DNA of 64,000 nucleotides from positions 124,001-188,000 of IMG/VR virus record IMGVR_UViG_3300042934_000594. One strand, written 5' to 3'. The position numbers and the translations under genes were made by a program. This document shows, in pieces, positions 9,819-16,374 of the stretch (within the stretch, counting starts at the first letter, position 1; each line of letters starts with the position of its first letter). Below the pieces are notes generated by a model. It was not told where the DNA came from and did not search any database. It saw nothing but the letters and a program-made list of their open reading frames with translations.

Positions 9819-9953
9819 ATGCAAGACGCAAAAGAAATCGCACTTGAGCTGGCTAAGTCAGCTGCCACCAACGCCGCTGCTGGCGTAGTCCTGGGCGCCG
9901 TTTGCGGCGTCTTCGTATTCACCTTCACCCTCATCGCCAACACTGGCAAGTAA
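9819..9953 (+). CDS. Membrane micro-protein (44 aa)
   Basis: MQDAKEIALELAKSAATNAAAGVVLGAVCGVFVFTFTLIANTGK. Confidence 0.55.
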   Translation: MQDAKEIALELAKSAATNAAAGVVLGAVCGVFVFTFTLIANTGK

Positions 9954-9965
9954 CACGGAGCTCTC

Positions 9966-10115
9966 ATGAACGACGACCAAAAGAAAGCAGAAAGCGAGCA
10001 ACACTGGGCGACTCACCTGACCTCCGCGTTCGTCGGCGGTGTGGTATTTGCCATCGGCTTCGGCCTGACGGTAGCGGCCTGCAAAGCAGCGGCGAACGCC
10101 ATCAACGGGAAATAA
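9966..10115 (+). CDS. Membrane micro-protein (49 aa)
   Basis: MNDDQKKAESEQHWATHLTSAFVGGVVFAIGFGLTVAACKAAANAINGK; GGAG RBS. Confidence 0.6.
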   Translation: MNDDQKKAESEQHWATHLTSAFVGGVVFAIGFGLTVAACKAAANAINGK

Positions 10116-10140
10116 ACTCCCGTGACCAATAGTACAAGTC

Positions 10141-10176
10141 GAGCTCCTTCGGGAGCTTGGCTGACTATTTCTTTTT
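10141..10176 (+). terminator. Intrinsic terminator
   Basis: GAGCTCC-TTCG-GGAGCTT stem with a downstream T-run. Confidence 0.55.
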
Positions 10177-10190
10177 TGGTGGGAGGTGCT

Positions 10191-10661
10191 ATGAGCAGTA
10201 CTGAAGTGAGCGACCGTACGGTGCTGATGGCCAATCGGCTATTGGGTTACAGTTGGCAAAAAGTCAATGACATCCCCAATGAGTTCCCACCGCTGGAGCA
10301 ATGGCTCCACCAGCTGTCTGAGTACCGCTACCCAGGCGCCGAGATCCTGGCGTGGCTGCAAGCCCTGGAACAACACAGTGTGGTTCTGGCCCAGCACTAC
10401 AAGGATCATATCCTGACCTTGCCCGATTACGACCAGCACACGGACTACCTCTGGACGATGACAGAGTTCTGTGAACAACAACCCGGTTTGCTGGATCTGC
10501 TAGGACAGCCCGACGTGGCTGCCCGATCCGACCTCTTCAAGCAATTGCTCACTCACCAGTACACCTACTCTGATCTGACGGTTGCTCAACTCGATTACGA
10601 GATCGGTGCTTTGACAGGCTGGCTGCATTACCTGCACCGTACAGACCTGCCCAAGGAGTAA
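10191..10661 (+). CDS. Hypothetical protein
   Basis: ATG 10191 after a GGAGG RBS; 156 aa, helical. Confidence 0.6.
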   Translation: MSSTEVSDRTVLMANRLLGYSWQKVNDIPNEFPPLEQWLHQLSEYRYPGAEILAWLQALEQHSVVLAQHYKDHILTLPDYDQHTDYLWTMTEFCEQQPGLLDLLGQPDVAARSDLFKQLLTHQYTYSDLTVAQLDYEIGALTGWLHYLHRTDLPKE

Positions 10662-10664
10662 GCC

Positions 10665-11144
10665 GTGACTGATTTCGTAGAGGGTTACAACATCTTCGGT
10701 GTAGAGGGTGACCTCTACGTCATCACGGTGAACCTGGTGGGTGTCATGGGCACGGGTGTGGCAGAAGCCTTTCGTGACCGTTACCGCGATCTGTACAACC
10801 TGTACCGCAAGGATTGTCGCAGTCGGGCACTGAAGATCGGACGCCCCCTGGTGTACCAGGCTGACGATGGTAAGCGCTTTATGATGTTCCCCACCAAGGA
10901 CAACTGGCGTAACCCCTCGCAGCTGCTATGGGTGTCACAGGGCCTTGAATGGATGGTGGACAACGCAGGCTCTGAATTTCCGGAGACTGACCACATTGTC
11001 ATGCCTCCATTGGGGTGCGGTAACGGTAAGTTGCATTGGCCGGTGGTCAAAGAAGCCATCCGTGAAGCCATGGACTGCCTGCCCAACCCGGTTACAGTGG
11101 TGGTACCCCCATGGTTGATTGAACAGGAATTGACGTCTATATAA
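10665..11144 (+). CDS. Macrodomain ADP-ribosylglycohydrolase, DarG/TARG1(Poa1p)-like
   Basis: Hallmark motifs VNLVGVMGTGVAEAFRDRY, FPTKDNWRNPS and PPLGCGNGKLHWPVVKEAI. Confidence 0.85.
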   Translation: MTDFVEGYNIFGVEGDLYVITVNLVGVMGTGVAEAFRDRYRDLYNLYRKDCRSRALKIGRPLVYQADDGKRFMMFPTKDNWRNPSQLLWVSQGLEWMVDNAGSEFPETDHIVMPPLGCGNGKLHWPVVKEAIREAMDCLPNPVTVVVPPWLIEQELTSI

Positions 11145-11153
11145 CTGCGGTGA
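11130..11153 (+). promoter_or_regulatory. Putative early promoter, copy 3
   Basis: TTGACGTC-TATATAAC-TGCG-GTGA, overlapping the macrodomain stop codon. Confidence 0.7.
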
Positions 11154-11181
11154 TCAATACCAGACCCTAAGGAGGTCCGCA

Positions 11182-11379
11182 GTGTCTAACGTGGTACAGT
11201 TTCCAGTGCTCAAACGTCTCGTCGGTCCTGAGACCGAAGTTTTCTTGGTAAGTCTGGCACGCTCCAGCGGCTTGCCGATCACCGCCCGCCAGTTACGCAC
11301 CATGGCGGAGAACTTCATTCGCGTCAACCAAGATTTGGCAGCCAGTGGCTTGCCAGCCCTGTTCGACCCCCGCGCGTAA
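11182..11379 (+). CDS. Small hypothetical protein
   Basis: AAGGAGG RBS, GTG start, 65 aa. Confidence 0.6.
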   Translation: MSNVVQFPVLKRLVGPETEVFLVSLARSSGLPITARQLRTMAENFIRVNQDLAASGLPALFDPRA

Positions 11380-11423
11380 GCGTGGGGTGCTATGCCCTTT
11401 TATACCCATTGAGGAGTAAGACC

Positions 11424-11717
11424 ATGCAAGACGATTATCGCCGTCGTTGGGAACAGGCCCAGGCCACCAAGCGTGAAGACGCCCGTAAAACCCGTGAGGC
11501 CATCGCCACAGTAAAACGTAAGTCAGCCGAGGTCGTTGACCCTGAGCTCATTGCTGAGCTGGAAGATTACGCGGTGTTCCTGTACGAGCTGACCATGCTG
11601 TACATGGCCCTGGCTAAAATCAATTCCACGATGCGGTTGTTCGCGGCAGCGTATGCCGTGCTGACCAAAGGCTCGTTCCTGTTACTTGAAGAGGCGTACA
11701 CCCATGTCCAACGGTAA
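11424..11717 (+). CDS. Hypothetical helical protein
   Basis: ATG 11424 after a GAGGAG RBS; 97 aa. Confidence 0.6.
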   Translation: MQDDYRRRWEQAQATKREDARKTREAIATVKRKSAEVVDPELIAELEDYAVFLYELTMLYMALAKINSTMRLFAAAYAVLTKGSFLLLEEAYTHVQR

Positions 11718-12309
11718 AGAATACACCTTCAATGAGTTCTTCGGCCTCGACGAGGATACGCGTTTCGAGATCGTCCCTGAATCGAACGTGCTCGAAGGGG
11801 AACTGCTAGACCCCACTCCCATTGACCGCATGCATGAACACCTCAAGCGTTACCACAAGGGTAAACGCCTGAGTCCAAATGCCACGCTGATCACCTTCGA
11901 TTCGATCTCCCAACTCGACATCGAAGGTGAGGTCGTCTCACCCAAGGCAATGTTGGAAGGGGGTCCTATCGAGGATCTGATATTTCCCTTGTGTGGTCCC
12001 GAAGCCTTGGCGCGGGTGCCTCGCCTGATAGCCATCCTGGGTGCCGGTGGCATGCAGTACCACAGGCCTAAAGTACGTTCTGGTGAAGGGGCGATCCCAC
12101 TCAATTTCGACCCTCATGGGATAACCCGAAACAACCTGTGTCCAGAGATCCCCGAGGAGAATCTTCAGGAGATAAGGCACGCGTACAAACTCACCGACCA
12201 GCACGGTGGGATGGGTGTGGCTGTAGAAGTCAAGCCTGATCCTCAACCGATTCGCCCGGTGTCGCTAGGGGATATCCTGCGTAAACTCACAGACCGCCCC
12301 AAGTCGTAA
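11704..12309 (+). CDS. Hypothetical protein
   Basis: ATG 11704 overlaps the end of the upstream gene; 201 aa. Confidence 0.6.
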   Translation: MSNGKEYTFNEFFGLDEDTRFEIVPESNVLEGELLDPTPIDRMHEHLKRYHKGKRLSPNATLITFDSISQLDIEGEVVSPKAMLEGGPIEDLIFPLCGPEALARVPRLIAILGAGGMQYHRPKVRSGEGAIPLNFDPHGITRNNLCPEIPEENLQEIRHAYKLTDQHGGMGVAVEVKPDPQPIRPVSLGDILRKLTDRPKS

Positions 12310-12313
12310 TAAA

Positions 12314-12348
12314 GCCCCTCCCTTCGGGGAGGGGTGTTATGCCTTTTT
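12314..12348 (+). terminator. Hairpin followed by TTATGCC and a T-run
   Basis: GCCCCTCCC-TTCG-GGGAGGGGT-GTTATGCCTTTTT. Confidence 0.75.
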
Positions 12349-12369
12349 CTTTCGTTGATCCCACTGAAT

Positions 12370-12393
12370 TTGAAACCTATATGACACAAGTGA
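12370..12393 (+). promoter_or_regulatory. Putative early promoter, copy 4
   Basis: TTGAAACC-TATATGAC-ACAA-GTGA. Confidence 0.7.
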
Positions 12394-12439
12394 GCAATAC
12401 CAATCCTGGTTTGCCATTATACCCAAAAGGGGCAACAAC

Positions 12440-12790
12440 ATGAACAAAGACTTCAAAGATCTGGTCGTAGGCACTGTGGTGGGTTTGGTCGTCGTCGGTG
12501 GCCTGGTGGCAATCGCTACCTGGTCGGAAAACAAGATCGCTGATGAGCGTATCGACATCGCCATGGCCAAGTTGGAAAACATCATCGCCAACGTCAAGTC
12601 CCGTCAACCTTCCCCGGGTGACGTCGGTTCTTTGATGACTTGGAGAACCCAAGCTGAAATGGCCGGCATGAAGATCTATCTGGACGTGGTTCTGGGGGTC
12701 CCTTCGCACAAGGCTGAAGAGTTCCGCAGTCGCTGGACTCGCCGCTTGGATGAACTGGCTGCTGAACAGAAAGCGGCGCAAGCGGCGTGA
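12440..12790 (+). CDS. Single-pass membrane protein
   Basis: N-terminal TM segment LVVGTVVGLVVVGGLVAIATW followed by a helical domain. Confidence 0.65.
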   Translation: MNKDFKDLVVGTVVGLVVVGGLVAIATWSENKIADERIDIAMAKLENIIANVKSRQPSPGDVGSLMTWRTQAEMAGMKIYLDVVLGVPSHKAEEFRSRWTRRLDELAAEQKAAQAA

Positions 12791-13056
12791 TCCTGGTATT
12801 TCTCGGGAGCATGCTTGCCACCTTCCTGCTCTCCTTTGTCAAAGCGTTCCAGACGATGAACTTTATCAAGCGTCATCGTCTGTCGGCCGTCATCACCTCC
12901 TGGGGGATTAGCACCCTGGAGATCTCCACCGTCACTTTCACAGTGATGGGTGGGTGGGCCATGATCATCCCCGCCGGTATCGGTGGGTCTGTCGGCGTCC
13001 TGGTGGCCATGACCTTTCATGACCGCGTCTTTAAACCTTCTGCAACTAAGCCCTAA
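12787..13056 (+). CDS. Small multi-pass membrane protein
   Basis: 89 aa with three hydrophobic segments; GTGA overlap with the upstream stop. Confidence 0.6.
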   Translation: MILVFLGSMLATFLLSFVKAFQTMNFIKRHRLSAVITSWGISTLEISTVTFTVMGGWAMIIPAGIGGSVGVLVAMTFHDRVFKPSATKP

Positions 13057-13068
13057 CGGAGCACACCC

Positions 13069-13236
13069 ATGAATTCGAAGAACCTGAAAACTGTACTCGT
13101 TGGCCTGATCATGGGTGCCTCCCTGGCAGCTGTGGCGTCCAACCACGAAACCCCACGCACCGAATCGCACGAACCGGTGGTCATCGGTCACCGCGTGACC
13201 CCGCAAGGCGATTTCCAACTGGTCTATTCCAAGTAA
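13069..13236 (+). CDS. Micro-protein with signal peptide or anchor (55 aa)
   Basis: MNSKNLKTVLVGLIMGASLAAVASNHETPRTESHEPVVIGHRVTPQGDFQLVYSK; GGAG RBS. Confidence 0.6.
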   Translation: MNSKNLKTVLVGLIMGASLAAVASNHETPRTESHEPVVIGHRVTPQGDFQLVYSK

Positions 13237-13308
13237 GGGAATACTCCATGCGCATATATATGCAGGCATTCGTCCTGAAGGCCTGCTTTACTGCCAAGGA
13301 GTAATACA

Positions 13309-13737
13309 ATGGCCGATCCCGAAAACACCCAGCCAGCTGTAGATTCCCGCCCAACGCCAGAAGAGACCGGTGCGCATATTCCTGAGAATACGCCTGCCAC
13401 TCATGAAGACCCTGCTGCTGTACCAGCAGGTCATCCGAAACACTCGCGTGAGTTGGAGCCGAATGTGGCCCCAGCTGATCAGGTAACCCAAGCCCCAGGC
13501 GTCGGTCCGATTCCGAATGCTCCGGGCAACCCTGACGAGCCACTGCGCCGTGAAGACCGTGAAGCAATTCCCGGTACTGACGTCGGTGGTCTTGAAGACA
13601 ACGGTGCGACCGTTGACGGCAATGACAACCTCGACCAAGAGCGCCGTGAAGACGTTCTGGAAGAAGATGCCCGCCGTGAACGCGAAGGCGAACCTGAAGA
13701 TCCAACGGCACCAGCCGCCGCTGATCGCCAGGTGTAA
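13309..13737 (+). CDS. Acidic, Pro-rich, probably disordered protein
   Basis: AAGGAG RBS; 142 aa with no aromatic residues; biased codons. Confidence 0.7.
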   Translation: MADPENTQPAVDSRPTPEETGAHIPENTPATHEDPAAVPAGHPKHSRELEPNVAPADQVTQAPGVGPIPNAPGNPDEPLRREDREAIPGTDVGGLEDNGATVDGNDNLDQERREDVLEEDARREREGEPEDPTAPAAADRQV

Positions 13738-13747
13738 GCAGTAAATG

Positions 13748-13777
13748 AGCGGTCCCTTCGGGGACCGCTTTTATGCC
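13748..13777 (+). terminator. Hairpin followed by TTTATGCC
   Basis: AGCGGTCCC-TTCG-GGGACCGCT-TTTATGCC. Confidence 0.75.
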
Positions 13778-13792
13778 CTCACGAGGTTAACC

Positions 13793-13867
13793 ATGAAAAA
13801 TATCTTAATTGGTGCTGCCGTGGTGGCAGCGCTTATGCTCTTGGCCCAATACCTGGAAGAAAACTGA
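13793..13867 (+). CDS. Membrane micro-peptide (24 aa)
   Basis: MKNILIGAAVVAALMLLAQYLEEN; GAGG RBS. Confidence 0.45.
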   Translation: MKNILIGAAVVAALMLLAQYLEEN

Positions 13868-13868
13868 T

Positions 13869-14186
13869 ATGACCCCCCTCCGTCGTCAAGCCCATGTGGC
13901 ATCCCCTCTGCTCAAAGAAAACTTTCGCAGCCTGGTGTGTGAGGCCTTCCGGGGTTTCATGCACCTGTGGAGAACCCAAGACCCGGTGACCACCACCGTG
14001 GTGTTGCCTCTCACCCTGGCTGAATTCCAGGAGCTGGGACTGCCGTACATCGCCAATGTCATCAGCGGTCATGTCGAACGTAACCGGGAAGGCCGGATGC
14101 GCTTTGCCTGGAAGATCCAGTGGCCCCATGCAAAGACCACTGCTGACCCGGCTTACAAGCTGGTGTTTAAAATCGAGTTGATCTAA
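13869..14186 (+). CDS. Hypothetical protein
   Basis: ATG 13869, 1 nt after the micro-peptide stop; 105 aa. Confidence 0.55.
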   Translation: MTPLRRQAHVASPLLKENFRSLVCEAFRGFMHLWRTQDPVTTTVVLPLTLAEFQELGLPYIANVISGHVERNREGRMRFAWKIQWPHAKTTADPAYKLVFKIELI

Positions 14187-14220
14187 CTCACCCCCCTCAT
14201 ACCCAAAGTGGAGTAACACC

Positions 14221-14340
14221 ATGTCTGATTTCCTGAAAGAAGTAGCCATCCGCGTCACTGTTACCTTGGTCGTCACCGCTGTTGTGATCGGCACCATGGA
14301 ATACATCAACCGTCCTAAAGAAGAGAAGCGCCATGCGTAA
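14221..14340 (+). CDS. Membrane micro-protein (39 aa)
   Basis: MSDFLKEVAIRVTVTLVVTAVVIGTMEYINRPKEEKRHA; GGAG RBS. Confidence 0.6.
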   Translation: MSDFLKEVAIRVTVTLVVTAVVIGTMEYINRPKEEKRHA

Positions 14341-14650
14341 GCAAAAGTTCTACTTCGGGCAGCGTCGCCTCAAGCACAACGACGGTCACAGTCGGGCCAC
14401 CTACCAATGGGTGGTTCCACGGATTCTGCGCCCGTACTTCGAACGCCAGATCCGTCGTCAGATGGAAAACGTCAGTCTCAAACTGGCTATGAATAGCAGC
14501 TGGGGTGCTCGAGGCGCGCACAACCCCAACGCGGTCTATGGCTCGATGCAGCCTGAGCGTCCGCAGATCACCATCACCCAAGACTTCCTGCAAGAGCAAT
14601 TGCAGAAACGTCGCGACATCAAACAGCACTACCGTTCTGGTAAGTGGTAA
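14333..14650 (+). CDS. Small basic hypothetical protein
   Basis: 105 aa, Arg/Lys/Gln-rich; overlaps the upstream stop. Confidence 0.6.
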   Translation: MRKQKFYFGQRRLKHNDGHSRATYQWVVPRILRPYFERQIRRQMENVSLKLAMNSSWGARGAHNPNAVYGSMQPERPQITITQDFLQEQLQKRRDIKQHYRSGKW

Positions 14651-14652
14651 AC

Positions 14653-14692
14653 ATGACCCGCCCTTCGGGGCGGGATCATATGCATTCTTTTT
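14653..14692 (+). terminator. Hairpin followed by CATATGC and a T-run
   Basis: CCCGCCC-TTCG-GGGCGGG-ATCATATGCATTCTTTTTT. Confidence 0.7.
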
Positions 14693-14750
14693 TGTTTGAA
14701 TGATGATATAGCAACATCAAATAACCCCGCCAACATTAGAGTACACCGGC

Positions 14751-15932
14751 ATGTCGAAAGTAGAACAGCATCTGCGTGCGTCGCAAGAAGAGCACCAGGA
14801 AGAAGCAGTAGAAGGCGAAGTGGTCCAGAACGAATGGATCGAGTTGCCCCAGGACACCATGGCCGACGTTTACGAAGGCGAGCAGACCAAGGAAGCGCTG
14901 GACCAGTTGGCGGACAAAGTCGATGCCGGTGACGACAAGGTGGTTGACCAGGTAGCCCTGGAAAACTTCAACTGGACGTTCAAGACCCTGACCCGTCTGA
15001 CCAACCTGACGCCGAAAACCTTCCCGGCGCTGGAAGACTACACCCACGACGCCCCGTTGCAGCGTAAAGTCCTGAGTGGTGCGATCCGCGCTCACTCTGA
15101 CCGTCTGGCCCGTGCCATCAATTTCGGCCTGGAAGACTACACCGAGTCGTTCGGCAACAACCTGCAACAGCTGGTTGAGAGCATGAAGAGCTCCCAGGCT
15201 GATCTGAATCGTTCGCTCGGTCGCATCAACGGTCTGCCCAGCAAAACCGTCAAAGTCAACCATGCCAAAATCTGGGCGATGCTGCACGTCAATGGTCGTT
15301 TCGTCAAAGACCTGGACGGGGCGATCACCGATGAGCAACGTCACCTGCGCGAACTGCTGACCGTGGCCAAAAATGCTGCGGCTGAAGTTGCCAAGATGGC
15401 CAAAGAAACTGAAGCGCCTTCAGCTGAAGGCGTGGAAGCGGCGATGAACCGTGGCGGTGACGTTGAACTGATGTTCAACACCAGCGTGTCGTTTTCCGGT
15501 GGTCAGGTTGACTTCCAGCGTAACTCCCCACCTTCCCCGAAAACCGAGAAGGTAGGCAGCGACTACCTGCGTGGCGCAGCGTGGGGCACCCTGTTCGGCT
15601 TCCTGCTGCTGGGCCCTGCGTTCCTGTTGGGTACTGTGATCGGCGCCGTGGGTTCCTCGGCCACTGGCAGCACCTCGGCCAGCAAGCGTGACGTGGACGG
15701 CGTGAAGAGCTTCCTGCAAGACCTGGGCGGCTTTGCCAAACTGGCGGCTGATATCGAAAGCATTGCTGAATCGCTGAACGATTCCGTCAAAGCCTCGACG
15801 GCTCACGGCGCTGTTGTCAAGCGTGCAGCGGCCCCAGTGATGGAACTGATGTCTGGCATCGCCAAGCACGTAGCCGAACTGTGCTATGGTGGCGCCAACA
15901 TGGCTTCGGCCCTGTCGACTGCTTCCAAGTAA
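14751..15932 (+). CDS. Inner head protein with acidic propeptide and a hydrophobic segment
   Basis: Glu-rich N-terminus with QVALENF, PALEDY and FGLEDY cleavage-type motifs; highly biased codons; hydrophobic stretch GAAWGTLFGFLLLGPAFLLGTVIGAVG. Confidence 0.65.
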   Translation: MSKVEQHLRASQEEHQEEAVEGEVVQNEWIELPQDTMADVYEGEQTKEALDQLADKVDAGDDKVVDQVALENFNWTFKTLTRLTNLTPKTFPALEDYTHDAPLQRKVLSGAIRAHSDRLARAINFGLEDYTESFGNNLQQLVESMKSSQADLNRSLGRINGLPSKTVKVNHAKIWAMLHVNGRFVKDLDGAITDEQRHLRELLTVAKNAAAEVAKMAKETEAPSAEGVEAAMNRGGDVELMFNTSVSFSGGQVDFQRNSPPSPKTEKVGSDYLRGAAWGTLFGFLLLGPAFLLGTVIGAVGSSATGSTSASKRDVDGVKSFLQDLGGFAKLAADIESIAESLNDSVKASTAHGAVVKRAAAPVMELMSGIAKHVAELCYGGANMASALSTASK

Positions 15933-15939
15933 ACCGTAC

Positions 15940-15969
15940 GCCCTCCCTTCGGGGAGGGCTGTATGCCGT
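15940..15969 (+). terminator. Hairpin followed by TATGCCGT
   Basis: GCCCTCCC-TTCG-GGGAGGGC-TGTATGCCGT. Confidence 0.7.
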
Positions 15970-16013
15970 TCTTTCTTTTTGGCATGGTATGCACCACCAC
16001 TGAGGACTGTACA

Positions 16014-16334
16014 ATGTCCATCAAGCTCTCCCCTGTCCTGCGTCAGATGAACGAGTACACTGTGTACTTCTGGTGCCCGGCGTGTTTGATGATTCACCCC
16101 GTCTATCTCGATCTTCCGAAAAACCCACGTCCCTATAAGAACGACCGTTGGATGTGGAATGGTGACGCAGCAAGCCCTACGTTCAGTCCTAGCCTCGTTG
16201 TACAGGGACCCCGTGGCTTATGTCACAGTTACGTGCGAAACGGCCAGATGGAGTTCCTAGGCGATTGTGGGCATCCTCTTAAGGGGCAAACGGTCCTGAT
16301 CCCTGACTTCCCCGAAGATGAGGACCTGTTCTAG
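16014..16334 (+). CDS. DUF6527-like Cys/His (Zn-binding) protein
   Basis: ATG 16014 after a GAGGA RBS; pattern CPAC..IH...W.WNGD..SPTFSPS...CHSYVRNGQMEFLGDCGHPLKGQTV. Confidence 0.7.
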   Translation: MSIKLSPVLRQMNEYTVYFWCPACLMIHPVYLDLPKNPRPYKNDRWMWNGDAASPTFSPSLVVQGPRGLCHSYVRNGQMEFLGDCGHPLKGQTVLIPDFPEDEDLF

Positions 16335-16338
16335 ACGA

Positions 16339-16373
16339 CATAAGCCCCTCCCTTCGGGGAGGGGCACTATGCC
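16339..16373. terminator. Bidirectional hairpin between convergent genes, flanked by CATA and TATGCC
   Basis: CATAA-GCCCCTCCC-TTCG-GGGAGGGGC-ACTATGCC. Confidence 0.7.
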
Positions 16374-16374
16374 C

